Shown: positions 34,536 through 47,690, counted from the first letter of the whole stretch. The stretch: DNA of 60,292 nucleotides, filler included, from Asterionella formosa (GCA_002256025.1; 7 parts of 7 records of this genome joined end to end with filler, not necessarily neighbours in it), one strand, 5' to 3'. The notes: a model not told the origin generated them from the sequence alone. A program made the numbers and translations.

Positions 34536-37500
34536 CTCATCTTGGATTTCATCTGCATTCATTTCAACATTAAATTCGTTGTCGCCCTCAGGCTCAGGGT
34601 CATCCTCTTGGATATTGTTGTTTGATTCGAGCTGTTCTGCTTCATATATTTCATCCGGAGTCATTTCATCAAAGTCCTTTTCTTCTCCAAGAATTTCATC
34701 ATTGCTTTCGTCATCACTAGTGTGTTGATCTTCATAATCTTCATCTTGTGCATCTTCAAATGCTTCATTATCATAATCCACTCCTGAAATCCAAGCACTA
34801 TCATAAAAAAGTTGTCCTGTTCGATTTGATATCTTGAGACCATCTGGCATATTTTCCTGCCCAGCAAGGGTGTGTACTTGATTCACGATTGCTGGGGTAA
34901 GTGGTAGAGGAGTAACTGTTCGTCTCGTGATCAATGAATTTGTAGGTAGGTTTAATAATTCATGACCTCCTTGCACGTTGTCATTGTAGCGTAGATAAAT
35001 GCAATCTAGGCTGCGTGGTGCATTAGTGTTTGAAAACACAGGTTCATCATGTGCTTGGACATAAGTGCCAAATGTATACTGGCAATGTCGAGCATAGTCC
35101 AGGTTTTGCTGCTGTAAAATCATACAAGGACTGTAATACGGGGATATCACGCGCTTTGCTGGAAAGAAATTCAGTTTCATTGCAGATTCTGTCACTAGAA
35201 TCTTAATCATCAGTTGTGGCAAATGTTTGAAAGGTAATCGATGATAAGCTGCGCGCACGCTTTCTTTAATCACTCGATTATTTCGCTCCGCTTCAGGAAC
35301 ATGTTCTTGTGGGTTTGCGTAGTTCATAGTGACTTGAAATTCATTGGAAATTTGTTCCATCAAAGGTCGAAACTCGTTGTCACAGTGGATTGTTGTAATT
35401 TTAAATCCTCCGGTATTATAAACACGGAATACCTGAGTCAAAGCATCTCGATAGACATCAGCTGTCTGATTCTTGACCCATTGCGCTGTCCTATACATAA
35501 TGTTTCGAGAAATTGTTGTGAGAAATGATTGTCCATTCACTTTCATACCATCCATGGAAAGATTCACTTTGCATTGAGCTCAAATTAGCTCCTTAGGGAT
35601 CTCGATGTAGTCATTTACGACTGGCAGTGGCTTGCGACAAGTTGTCTTGCCTTTTAGTGTTCCGATGTCAGGTCCAAAACTTTTCTCTGCAATTTTCATA
35701 TCATCGGTAGTCACTGGATTATTGTTGATCGTATTCATACGAATTATTGCCTTGAAATCATTAATTGATGGCGTACCCAAGGCATGAAATAGATCACAAG
35801 CTCGCTTGGCTCTTGCAAATTGACGCTCAGTGTAAAATGTTTTGTTCTCTTCAACTGTATTAAAATTTTGAGCATTCTCCGCCTTAATTGCTGTAGGAGG
35901 CTTGAAAACATATAAGTTCATCCCAATTCTTTCGAATCGAACTGGTTTGTCAGGCAAATGAACAATGAATGCATCTTCTTTCTCAGAGTCATTGGTAATC
36001 TTGTACCTATTTGCCATTTTGGCATAACTGAAGATGTTGGTGATTGCCTTCTCATTAAACCATACTTCTCCCCATTGTGGAAGATCAGCCTTCATATTGT
36101 TAGTGACCATGGATCCACCATTTGTGGCCAGGTGCATGCTTCCAGTGGTTGACATTCGAATGTTTTCAACCATTTTTGGATTGCAAAAGACTGTGACACT
36201 TGATTGATTATCCAATAGTATCCAGTCATGCATCTCAGATGCTTGGTAAAATTGTAGTTCCATATGAGCTCCCGTCCATCCAAATTGATTGACATTTGCT
36301 TGTTGTGAAGCTTGTGATGACGGCGGGTTGTTGGAATTGACAGAGGTAACTGTACTTGTCTCCGATGTAGAAGCCTGTGCCTGTGCATGACTTTGGGCCC
36401 TGTTGATAGCCCATTCATCTTTCGGTTTGTTCTTGTCTTGGCACGAAGGAGATTTGTGACCTGCTTTACCGCAGCAGTAACATTTTCCTTCTAACTGTGC
36501 AAACGATAAGTTCGCATTTTCGTCTTCCTTCCCTGCATCCTTTTGTTCTCTGTCTTTATTATGATCTCCTGGTTTCTTGTGACTGTTGGATTTGTTTGTT
36601 ACGTCAAACCGATAGTTGCTGAGAACATTATTTGATTCGGTGATGGTCTTCGGGTATCGATTGTTGCCGAGTGATTGTTGAGTGTTCAGCCCGGTCATAA
36701 TTGATCTGTATTTGGCTTTATCGTCATTATCGAGATATAAATAGGCCATAAATTGACTGAAAGCTTGTTCACGAAATTTATCTTGTAGCTTGATGTCGGT
36801 CTCGTTGTATCCATCCATGGCTTCAACAAACTTGGTGAGGATAATGGGTCCTCCCATGTGTGACTTGAGTACATCTCGTGCCACACGAAATCTTTTGGTG
36901 TAGTCTTGTAGACTTTCTCCTTCCTTTTGCTTTGTAAATAAAAGTGTTCTCATCGCATCTAAAATGATCGACATTGAATATCGATTCTCTTGAAAATTTA
37001 GTGCGTGTTCTTTAATTGCCATAAGCAATGTTTTTGGGTTATTTTACAATCCTATTGTAATCAGATCTCGCTTCGATCTTGTTCTTCATGGCTTTGTTGC
37101 ATCTTTCCCAGAGCAACGCATATGCCTTGGTATTATTATTTTCGTAGGCCTGCACCCTTTTACTGTAGGTGTCATAATCAGCCTTGAACTCAATCTCATA
37201 TTGCCGATTCTCTGCAGTGCGATCTTCTTCTGTTGTCACAATGCTCACTTGCATTCTTGGCTTCCATGCCGATGTGTTGATTGGTTCTAACAACTTGAGC
37301 GCAGTTCCTATGTCGTTGCCATAGTCGAACACTTTCTTGATGTGATTGATGAGGTACTTAGTAGTAGTCTCATAATCAGATGCCTGCTTCGATGATCCGA
37401 GGTAGTAGATATAGTCATTAACTGACTTCTTGATTGTGTGAGAAGCAATGCTCCCTCCCTTGGCTTGAGGCTTCTTGGTGAACTTTCCTTTGCCACTCAT

Positions 37501-38209
37501 GATGCGCCTTGTGCGACTTCTTCAGACTCTGGATGGTCTGGTACACTCAGATCTTGTCTCCGGACTCTCAACGGTCCACCTGTTGTTGATTGTAATATAC
37601 GGCTCTCTCTGGCTGGCTAATTCTACTAAAACTGTTGAAATTGCGTCCTGAAGCACTCTATTGCTTTCTTGCATCCTGTAAGGACACGTCAGGGACCAAA
37701 TAGGCTGTAGATATGAACAACGATGTTGCAGTAATCGATTGTAATCGTTCCTAAGAGTTTTAGTAGAATTATGGGTTTTACTGGTGATGTAGATTGTTTT
37801 CGAATTCTGAGTTTTCTCTGGTACCATATTCTTTTTGATTCATTCGATTCAATATGTAGTAGGTAATTCATACCGGGATTTTCTTTCCTAAAATAATTTC
37901 TCCAACAATTGTGGAAAGAAAAAATGCTTGATCGAGGAAAGCATGGGCTCAAATAACCTATGTTTTGGATAATCAACTATCAAATTTGTTACGAAAGTGT
38001 TATCAATGTAATTGATCAGTAAATGAAAATTATGAGTTAGAGTGCTACCAAATGATTGAAAGATGAAGACCGAAGAAAGGAAATCAGATTTGAAATAGCA
38101 TAGAAGCATCAAAAAATAGTCGTTGTTGTATATTCAGATATAACTGATATATATATGAAATATACGACTTCCAAGAGCGAGATAAATATTACAGAATTAT
38201 AATCTCACA
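34536..38209 (-). mobile_element. Ty1/Copia (CoDi-like) LTR retrotransposon: 5' LTR, gag, protease, integrase; RT lost in the gap
   Basis: Zinc knuckle CYCCGKAGHKSPSC, protease WILLDNQSS, integrase TIHCDNEF and HVPEAERNNR. Two frame breaks. Candidate LTR at 38209-37961 (TGT...ACA) followed by PBS-like GGTTATTTGAGCCC. Confidence 0.93.
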
Positions 38210-39034
38210 CTCATGAGGACCTGCAAGGCAGCGTTTGAACCCAGGTACCGGTACCAGGTACTGGTACTGTTTACCAGCAAACATTCCATTTCTTTCCGTC
38301 CCTTTATATAGCAACATCAGTATGATGGTGCCTAAGTCGAATCCACTGTCGGGATCATCTGAGCAGCTCCTAGAAGAGGGTGATCAACATAGAAAGAAAT
38401 CTGCCGATCAGGACAAATGTAATTGGAATTATGTATCAGGTGAAGTCGTTTGATACCTGACGACAGATGGTACAGGAGCTCTCCCGATATTGTGCCTCTT
38501 GTTCCTTCTAGTTCCATTTGGTGCAATGCTGGCTCTAAAAATAGCTGGTCGACTGTGACGATTCCTTCAAACCCCAGGTTGATGGAAACTGAGTCCATAA
38601 ATGTTGACAATGGTTGGGTGAAATCCCATAGACTAGATTAATGGAAATAATGTTGGTTTCATACATCAACAAGCATGCCCAGTATTGACAATATTCATCA
38701 TTTTTGTGACAATCATTTATTCAAATTTAATTCCACCGCACCCTCTCACAAGGGTTCCCTGTTGTACTTATTTCCGTTAATTGATATTGTAGGTTGGATA
38801 GACTCATCAATTGACAGCGTCCGAATACTTCGGCATTCCTCCGACCCCATTGTGAATGATTCCAGATTGTTAAATGTGCTTCATTTATTTCTCTCGACTT
38901 CCGCGTCACATATTTCACCGTAATGTCAACTACAAGGATCATGCTTTAAAAGATTATCAACAAATCATTTCCTTTGAAAGGTTAGCCACTTGTTGGTTTT
39001 GTCATGAAAAGATCCTAATGCCATGTATCAATCA

Positions 39035-39160
39035 GACTCCTTTTTCAACAATGAATGTTGTAAACAAACTTGACGCAACTAAATATAGATATGCTTTGAC
39101 TCCTTTTTCAACAATGAATGTTGTAAACAAACTTGACGCAACTAAATATAGATATGCTTT
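39035..39160. repeat. Perfect 63-bp tandem duplication
   Basis: GACTCCTTTTTCAACAATGAATGTTGTAAACAAACTTGACGCAACTAAATATAGATATGCTTT, two copies. Confidence 0.97.
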
Positions 39161-39353
39161 GCTTGAAATTCTGCAACTAGTTTCCTCCTACTTCCTCATT
39201 CTCAATAAGAGTCCTAGCTCGTAGGTCGCACCAGCAAACACTTTTCATCAGGAACATTGTATAGTGCTGTGACAAGCATGAATTTCCTCCAAAGAAAGCT
39301 GAGAAAGAATGAAACTTTACTCTTTCTGTGGATTCATGTCCTAGACTGTGGAT

Positions 39354-40298
39354 CTACGTCTTAGGAGAAGCTGTGAAATCGTCCAAAGTATCCTTGTCAA
39401 TATATTCAACCCCGACAGGAAGTGGAGGGACGATTGGCTTCTCACCTTTCTCGCGCATGATCATGTCGCTTGTTTTTAGACCCAGACGCTCTTGTCTCTG
39501 ATCGAACAAAATTCTCCGAATATTTGCTTGCGTAATCTCATCGTAGGAATCGATCCTACGCGTTGAGTCCACCAAAGTAGTATCAATAATTGGATCTCCC
39601 TTAATAACAGTACTCCACCATGTCTTCTTCTGTTTATGCAAAACTAACAACAAGCATCCGCCTTCCAATGTCCATGTTGACTCGTCCTTTTGGACACGTT
39701 CTATCAAGTCCCCTTCGAGCAAAGGAGTGCGTGTATTCTTGATCTTGACAGAAACAGAGGATGCTTTGATATTCAAGTCTATATCCTTTCCGCGCGTGCC
39801 TTCTGGCACAGCAATGACCAGGCTTGCTTCTTCAAGACTCTGTGTCCATCGATAGCGCGCTGTCGTTCCCCCGTTCCCCACTGGGATCTGTAGGCCCTCG
39901 TCTGTCAAACGCGGCACTTCTTCGCATGACTGTGGCTCGCTTTTCTTCTCTGGTAATGTTGTCAGTACATTTGTCGTCACTGGAGGTTCCATTCTGACTA
40001 CCTTGGTAGTGGTGGGAGTGACCTTTCGCTTGGGTAGTTTGCGTAGCGGAAACTGCCGAAATGCCGCGAGTAGGAGCTTTTCCGCGTCTCCCTCTCTGAA
40101 TCCCATTGTTCCCACATCCTCCTCATGAGGAATGCAATAAAAATCTGTGCGCTCACTCAAAAAATCGAAAAAAGCAAACAGTAACTTGCGAAGGTCGCCG
40201 CCGGATTTTTGCGCCAAATCAATCAGTGGCCCTTGCATGGCTTCAAGCATCTTGGGATCAATCTGCACTTGGGCATTAGCAGGAGATGGGCGGCTCAT
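39354..40298 (-). CDS. nudC: NudC-family protein (CS/p23 domain)
   Basis: FFDFLSERTDFY, GNGG..RYRWTQSLEE, ESTWTLE, WWSTVIKGDPIIDT and LFDQRQ. Confidence 0.95.
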   Translation of the reverse strand: MSRPSPANAQVQIDPKMLEAMQGPLIDLAQKSGGDLRKLLFAFFDFLSERTDFYCIPHEEDVGTMGFREGDAEKLLLAAFRQFPLRKLPKRKVTPTTTKVVRMEPPVTTNVLTTLPEKKSEPQSCEEVPRLTDEGLQIPVGNGGTTARYRWTQSLEEASLVIAVPEGTRGKDIDLNIKASSVSVKIKNTRTPLLEGDLIERVQKDESTWTLEGGCLLLVLHKQKKTWWSTVIKGDPIIDTTLVDSTRRIDSYDEITQANIRRILFDQRQERLGLKTSDMIMREKGEKPIVPPLPVGVEYIDKDTLDDFTASPKT

Positions 40299-40671
40299 GC
40301 TGCAGTGATGTCAGTTGTTAGATCTAAAAAATGTCGCAGACTTGCTCTCCTCCTGAATTGAGGAAAGAGAAATAAATGCTAATGACTTCTACTGGGACGA
40401 TGGTGTGGTTGATGAGTTGATAAGATATACTCCAATTAATACTGAAGAGATGATCCTTTTTTATTCGGAAAAGGTTCTCATTAGCGATTGATGTACCGGC
40501 ATGTAGAGAGCAAATACATGCAGAAGTGGGTGATTAGATCTATTATGTAGGGAGGAACATACGAATTCTCAATTCCCAGGACACTTGGCAACACTAAAAA
40601 AAATTTCATTCAGAAGTGCTCACCAAGAAAAATAGGATGTGTTCCAAAAATATTTACCGTAGGCATTACGT

Positions 40672-40742
40672 TGCACCAACCGGGAATCGAACCCAGGGCA
40701 AACGCTTGGAAGGCGTTTATGTTACCACTACACCATTGGTGC
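40672..40742 (-). tRNA. tRNA-Gly (anticodon TCC)
   Basis: GCACCAA acceptor stem, D-arm TAGTGG, anticodon arm AACGC-CTTCCAA-GCGTT, T-loop GTTCGATTC. A T-run terminator lies at 40646-40650. Confidence 0.98.
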
Positions 40743-41206
40743 GTGCATGTGAAAAGGGCGTCTTGAAAAATATGAACTTTGCCTGTTTATCGATTTTCTT
40801 TCAATTTTGCTCATCACGTCTGTACAGGATGTCGACTGTCGACATTCATGGCAGAGCGACGCCTACATAAGATCGGCCATATTCCAGGTGAGCGAGCTTG
40901 CGAAATGTCTTGGAAACTGGCTGTGATTGACCTGCAATGCTCTTCGTGGTAGCATTGTCCATGGATGTTGTAAGTTTTGACTCCACTACCTTTTATGGTT
41001 TCAAATGATTGTCGTGCAATAACAATTAAATGGAGCAGAAGGCATTTAAGCCATCGTGTTTTCAATACAGACTATTTGAAAAAGAGAGCCAAGCACTACA
41101 TACTTGCTGAATTGAATAATGAGAAATATTGATCATTAAAAATAACTTGAATTAGCTCAAACACTTTATAAAGTCAAGGCTGCCAAACCAAATCCCCATG
41201 CAATGC

Positions 41207-42154
41207 CTACTGCGTTACAGTCTCGCCCTGAGTCTGAGTCGCCTCCTCTATGGCTATTTCTTGTAGCATGGTTGGATCCGGCTGTTCGTCCAAAATCTCC
41301 GAACAAAAGTAAATGACTTGACGACGTCCGATTTCCATGGCAGCTCGTGGTCCCATGCTGTATTGGAATTGTGCTTCATCAATCGCACTAGATTGCTGCG
41401 AATGTTGGTCCACATCGGTTTTTTGTTTTATTAAATAGTCCAATGCCACAAAGCGTTCCAATGCGGCGTCAACGTGTGGTGTATTTGCAATCGAGGTTGC
41501 CTGCGACGATGACGGACGCTTGACCGTCGGTGGCTCGGGTGGCAAGTTTTCATCCAAGCCGTTCAACAATCGGTAGAGATCTACATCTGTAATCCATCGC
41601 GATTTGTCACTACGAGGTGTTCCCTTGCAGAAACAAAAAGCCAAGCACACCATTAAGAAGCCTTGCTCGACAGCTACGGTTGGATGCACTCCGTGAATGG
41701 CCCTAGAATGAGTACCCTGTTGGTCATCAGACACTGTGTTAATGACGTACAAGCGGTCGAGATACTTCTTGGGAAGAGTAGGCTCCATATACTTGGGAAC
41801 TCTCAACAGCTCAAACCCAAAAACGTCTCGCAAGCGCGCACTAGCAAGGTCGAGGACAGCTGTGCTAATCTTGTCATTCGCGTTGGGCATGGCTTCCTTC
41901 AATACTTTCAAGCGATCAATGGGTTCGCCAGCAAGAGCTTTGAATAGAATAGATCTCGATAGATCCAAAACTGCCTTGTCCCGTTGTTGGCGACTCATCT
42001 TGTCGAGATTGTTCTTTTCCGAAGGCTTGACAGCTCCAATTGCTTGGGAGAGTTCCGGGGCTTGTTGGGTAAAGACGAATTCCTCTTCTTCGGCTTCCAT
42101 TCCTACGTCATCGAATACTTCTTCCTTGACAGAGGTGTTCTTTCGGCGTGGCAT
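41207..42154 (-). CDS. NSE3/MAGE-domain subunit of the SMC5/6 complex
   Basis: LRDVFGFEL, GFLMVCLAF, FVALDYL and YSMGPRAAMEIG (MAGE Y.WGPRA..E motif). Confidence 0.85.
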   Translation of the reverse strand: MPRRKNTSVKEEVFDDVGMEAEEEEFVFTQQAPELSQAIGAVKPSEKNNLDKMSRQQRDKAVLDLSRSILFKALAGEPIDRLKVLKEAMPNANDKISTAVLDLASARLRDVFGFELLRVPKYMEPTLPKKYLDRLYVINTVSDDQQGTHSRAIHGVHPTVAVEQGFLMVCLAFCFCKGTPRSDKSRWITDVDLYRLLNGLDENLPPEPPTVKRPSSSQATSIANTPHVDAALERFVALDYLIKQKTDVDQHSQQSSAIDEAQFQYSMGPRAAMEIGRRQVIYFCSEILDEQPDPTMLQEIAIEEATQTQGETVTQ

Positions 42155-42856
42155 GGTTATGAAAAGGGAGGGAATCCGCAATGAGAACAGTACCTGAATG
42201 AATGCCTAAAGGAAGTTTGACTTGATACGGCTACAGCTCCTTTTTAAATTCGATGATGGACAAGGAAGACTACCTGGTACTTTGTCAGGAATCTATGTAG
42301 TACTCCGTACCTGGTTCTAAAAACATACATTACACGGTAGGTAATACAAAGGTAAAAAGTTACCGGGTGTAATCATTATCGAGCATCTATGATGGCTGCT
42401 GGCCGTAAGGGGACGATTTGGCGCGCCATCCCCTTTCTTATTTTTGTTATTTTAGGAGCAGTGCGTCCCCTTTTCATGATGAATTTTCCACGTAGCGAGG
42501 AAGGATCGAGTTTCCCGTATCTTCCTGGTACTCCGTAATACCTGCAATCATAGTAAACATCATATGACCGAAGTAACTTCGACACAAATACCGTCTTGTC
42601 CGTTTCGTCTTTCTCCATATGTAGTCTGTGTAGTACTAACTTTGTGGGTACTTAGCTGCAATATATAAATCGACCCATCAAATACTAGAATAGCGAGCAA
42701 GAAATACTAAGTAGAAGTAGCATAAATGGTTTTTGAATTCGGTGCTAAGTAAACGTGTCCCTTTCCCAGAATCCGGGTTCAAAATGCGGATCCAATCTCC
42801 GGGTTCAGCGGCAGTCGAGTTGCGCTTTTGCCGATCCACTTTCTAGTCACGACGAA

Positions 42857-43060
42857 TTATGTTAGATGAGCCGTGGCATGCGCGTCTCGCCCTGCCATTG
42901 TCGATCGAGATGTGAATGCTATTGTATTTGCCAGCGGATGGAAGAATGTCGTTGTCGTGATCATCTTTTGGCTAACTGACTTCGTAAATTCCGCCACTTG
43001 CTTACGGATGTAAATTAGAAATGCGTCCGATTTCCAGCGACCAATTAGCATGACCATGTA
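42857..43060 (-). mobile_element. C-terminus of a DIRS/Ngaro-type tyrosine recombinase
   Basis: MLIGRWKSDAFLIYIR matches GRW.S.AF..YIR with the catalytic Tyr. Truncated by the gap. Confidence 0.85.
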
Positions 43061-43404
43061 NNNNNNNNNNNNNNNNNNNNNNNNNNNNNNNNNNNNNNNN
43101 NNNNTTAATTAATTAANNNNNNNNNNNNNNNNNNNNNNNNNNNNNNNNNNNNNNNNNNNNTCCTGGTACATGGTACCATCATCGACTGCATCGCTCTTAC
43201 CTGGTACCAGGTACCATTGTTTCATACACGCGGTTTCATCGCTTGTGGTTGGCATCGTATTTCTGTACCGGTATGTAGTGCTCGAACCAAGGCTGATTAC
43301 GAAAACGAACATTTTCACGCCAAGATCAAACTACTTTCACTTCCGCTTATATATTTTTAATTTGACCAATGGTGGTCCATGTTTTCCAACCAACTAGACA
43401 AACC

Positions 43405-44504
43405 ATGAACGTCAATGAAAGCGACACGCCCAATGCGAAGGCCAGCGCAGGTGTGGCTTCTTCAGGAGACGATGGGAATGAGGAGCTCAGCGATGCGATC
43501 TCCATGTCCTTTCCTCAAAAAGTAAGTTCTTCGGTTCGACGCAGCACCTGGTACAACGTTTTCCGATTACCATTCCTCGGTCATTCACTCGCTCACTGCT
43601 TCTTCGTCGACTACCGGGTATACTAAAACTTCAGTTGATGGAAATCCTCAGGAACTCGAGAACAAATGATATCATATCTTGGCTTCCTCATGGAAAGGCC
43701 TTTATTATTTACAAGAAGAAGGCGTTTGTGGGAAAAGTCTTGAACAAATATTTCAAACAATCCAAGTTCACGAGCTTTACTCGGAAGCTCAATCGATGGA
43801 AGTTTGTACGCATCACTCGCGGGCCTGACACTGGGGCCTACTTTCACCAGTTCTTCGTTCGTGACGATCCTCATTTGTGTCTTCAAATGTGTTGTCAGAA
43901 CATTCGCCTTCAAAACGAAGCAAAGGAGAAGAAACAGCAACAGCAAGCCTTGGCCGTGAGCAGCATGCCATTTGGTATGTCGCTTCCAATGTCTCCTTTA
44001 CAACATATTCAGCAGCAGGCCAATGCTACTACTAGCACGGCAGTCTTGAATAGTACCTTTTTGCAACAGCAAATGTTGGAACAACTTCAGCAGCAACAAC
44101 AGTATCAGCAGAGACAAGAGCAACTTCAACTTCAGCAGCAGCACTATCAACAACAACAAGAACAACAGCTCCAAACGGCAGAAATGCTCAGACGAGCCAT
44201 TGCTTTCAACCAAGGGAGTCATCAACAGCAGGCGTCTGCCTCACTTGATGCTGCCAACGCAATGGATCAAACATCTTCCTCCTACCACAACATCAATAAT
44301 ATCATGATGGATCAAGCATCATTGTACATGGAGCTGTTCCAAAATAAGTGGAGCTCCAGCTTGGACTCTTTACCATTAATTCAGAACTCAGCACCAGGTA
44401 GTGTGGTTGCGGAAATGCAACAAAAGCAATCAGCTGGACCCAAAGTAGCTGTTCCAATTGAAGACCCGAGAAAATCTGGAGTTTCCCGAGCATCGGCAGC
44501 ATAG
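43405..44504 (+). CDS. Heat-shock transcription factor; exons 43405-43521 and 43635-44504
   Basis: Splicing the 113-nt GTAAGT..TACTAA..CAG intron gives FPQK-LMEIL...ISWLPHGKAF...SKFTSFTRKLNRWKF. A polyQ tract follows. Confidence 0.95.
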
Positions 44505-44857
44505 TGTAATATCTGTTTTTAGGAATGGTAGATAGTATTAGCAGGCTGCGCCTTATGCACGCACACAACTGTTCATGCAACATCAACACAAAGTACCGGT
44601 AGACAGTCTAGATCAAATGAAAATACTATACTCTTAGGAACAAAGCAGAGTTCTAGACTAGACTACCAGTTTTTATATGCCAAGTAGGGAGGGATAGCAT
44701 AATAAACTATTTAGTAGACTGAAGTTGGCAAGTCAATGATAGGCACGATTTGTTAACAGTGGCAAGGGAGGGTAGAGGTAATGAACGAGATGTAGCAGTA
44801 ACGATTATACAGCGAGTCGGCAGTCAGTTGAGTTCGTGGCAACGTACTGATGGCTAT

Positions 44858-45684
44858 TTATTTCTTCTTCAAGTGCACCTTCTCTGCCTTCTGCGCTGGG
44901 AAGCGTCCATACTGTTCATTGCGATCAGCCACATTCCCAGGTGTCTTGTGGCGAACTCCCAAGGAAGCAATAATGGCGTTGTATCTGTCAACGTCCTCGG
45001 CGTACAGGAAGTTCAAAAGACGACGGCGCTTGTTGACCAAGGCCACGAGGCCTCGGCGAGTGGAGAAGTCCTTCGAATGCATCTTGAGATGCTTGGTAAG
45101 GTACGAAATACGCTCTGTCATGCCTGCCACCTGGTATTCAGGGCTGCCAGTGTCTGTCTCATGTCGTCGGTGTTGCACGCGTAGCTCTTGCACTCGCTGG
45201 GCGGAGGAATACCACGCAGGAGGCTCGCCATCGTCTTCAATGCCGTCTTCGTCGTCGGCGCCCTCGAGGTCGCCGACGTTCACAATGTAATCTTCGGCTG
45301 GAGGGTTCTCAATATCATCGCCGTCGCCTTCGGCAATCGCGCCGTCGATATTCTCTGTCAAGGAGCTAAAGAGCGATTGGCTCTGTCTGACCATAACGGC
45401 AATCTGCAATCATTCATTGCGGGTTTGGAGAAGAAGAAATTAGTAACGCGTAGAATCGAGCAACGTAGATGTCGGTACCGTCTGTACGTCCATATGACTA
45501 TCAAGGCCAGGTGAGTGGCCAACTGCGTCCCGAGCATGGCCGCACGCTCAAGATAGAATTGATGGAACGAACTACCGCGGGCGAAACGCACCTGTCTATT
45601 AGACGATGATACCGCAAAGGCATCAGCGCTATTGCAAGCTGCAAGCAGCAGGGCAGAGAGAAAGGCCGCCTTTGAGAAAGCCAT
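44858..45684 (-). CDS. rps15: Nucleus-encoded, plastid-targeted ribosomal protein S15; exons 45684-45592 and 45403-44858
   Basis: HETDTGSPEYQVA..TERI..LTKHL..HSKD.STRRGL..LVNKRRRLLNFL. Signal peptide ends in ADA-FAV. 188-nt phase-0 GT..AG intron with a TACTAA branch site. Confidence 0.93.
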
Positions 45685-46569
45685 GGTGGAATGGATGGGA
45701 ATGTAGCAGAGGTCGGGTCGAATTTCTGTGGAACAAGATGGTGATGGGTGAAACAGAAGGCGGTTGATGTTGGAATTTGTGTGCGTACCAAGACCACAGC
45801 TTTCTCTGGTACGTGGGGTGATGAGGCCGATGATGGGGCTGCGGACAGGACAACTGATGTGCTGGTGACGGTGTCAATGCTAACTTTGTCGCACTACCTG
45901 GTACCAGGTATCTGGTACCCTGGTACCCTGGTACCCAGACCTCATAGACGTACCTCTACATACGTCCCTGGTACCAAGTACCGGTACCACGTAGCAAATC
46001 GCTAGTAACTGAATCCACGTGTCGAGGTCCGGAGGAAGTACGCACTTTGGAATCATTTTGGTTGGCTCTTGCCATTACGATTACTTACTAGTACAACACC
46101 TGGTAGGTGATACTCCTATGACATAACGTATAATACGGTAGAGTTTATCTTGGCAAACGCTGTATGTACCAGGTACCAGGTACTGGTACTGGTACTGGTG
46201 GTAGAACACCTTTTAAATAAAAAAGATTAAGCTGACTATCTCGATTACCGGACCTTCCTTGTACTGAACACATAACGATCACCTTCTACTCCGTACCTGG
46301 TGGTAACCACGGTAAAACAGGTCATGTACCTTACACTAAATAATTTTAGTAAAAAGGACGTCGGACAGGGGAATGTTTTGAATCTATTGCAGCCATATGA
46401 AAACCCCTGTCCCCCAAACGAAATTTTCCAACTGACATTCCTACTGACTCCTAGACCATATCTTCTCCATATCCATCTAACTCATCTAAGAAAGTGCCAA
46501 ATCCTATTCTTACCTTGTCCTCACTTGCTTCTAGTAGTAGTCGCTCTGGTAGTATTCCTTGTTGTTCTA

Positions 46570-47690
46570 GTGCTGCTTTCCCCATAGTATGCGAAATGTC
46601 ATAATCATTGTCTCCCTCCCTGTTAATCACCTCCTCAAGAATTCCCTGTAAAGTAAAAATGAACAATTCAATTTCATCGGTTCAAATGATACATACAATG
46701 CCATCACTGCGGCTGCCTCCAGCAACCCATCCACATTGTGATTAGCGTCCTCCACTGAATCTCATTTGCCACTCTGAAGTGCCCAAAAAAATGATATCAT
46801 TGATTTTCATGTCTTCTTAGTTTTCCGGTGGCCTTGATAAATTGATATCCCATACATCCAAAGTAGCTGCGTCTAGAAAGGGAACATGGTTGTTTCTATA
46901 ATGAGTGCTTGAATTATTATGTTGGATATACACTGCTGCCTTCTTAGAACTGCTCACACCAGCTGGCCACTTATCCCAAGTTGCCGATATCATATTGCTG
47001 ATTATCACGTCTGTGTACTAGCCCTGCTTTGTAACCTGTAGATTTGTTGTTAGCATTGTCCCTGTTGATCTGATTTTCAAGTTCCTAAGCGCCAGAATCT
47101 GCTGAATGAAGGGCCATGTACCAATCTTGCCATCAAACGCGCGCACTCGATTTTTGTCATATCTGGGGCAAGCGATTGCAGAGAGAAACATCACTTTTTC
47201 AATGTGATCCTTGTGTTAAGCTCTACGAATGGGTCCCCTCTCTCTCTCTCTCAGTCAAGTAGAATCGCTGCTTGACCTCGCTCATGAACATATAACCATT
47301 TTTCATCGACATGTACTACCTGATCGTAAAAGCCATCGTAAATCACGAAGCAACTTACCTAGATCAAAATCATCTTTGTGTGAAGGGTGAAGTTGTTCTG
47401 GGTGATTCAACAGTAGATAATTAACGCAAGCAATATGCATAGAAATCGACTAGTCTTGCATTGTTCTGTCAACTTTGGAACAACAGCATTTGTATGAGGT
47501 CGTAGCACATCCTGCTATTGCTTGTTTCTTGCAAATTGTATAAACTGTGGGTTTTGGCAAAATAAGTGCTGATGCTAGCTTACAATACGTAGTGCGCTTC
47601 TGAAAAGGAATTTCCTTTATAGCTGCAATAATGTCATCACGATTATATTTTGATGAGAACCGGACCTGTATTTGCAGGAAAGCCAGGAAG
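46570..47690 (-). mobile_element. Tc1/mariner DD39D transposase relic
   Basis: VVHVDEKW, EKVMFLSAIACPRYD, FDGKIGTWPF, YIQHNNS and PPEN*EDMKIND. By hand count there are 39 residues between the degenerate second Asp position and the third Asp. Confidence 0.88.

Noticed and set aside
38332..39224. Cluster of short ORFs between Copia and NudC
   Set aside because: Multiple stops and no recognisable motif.
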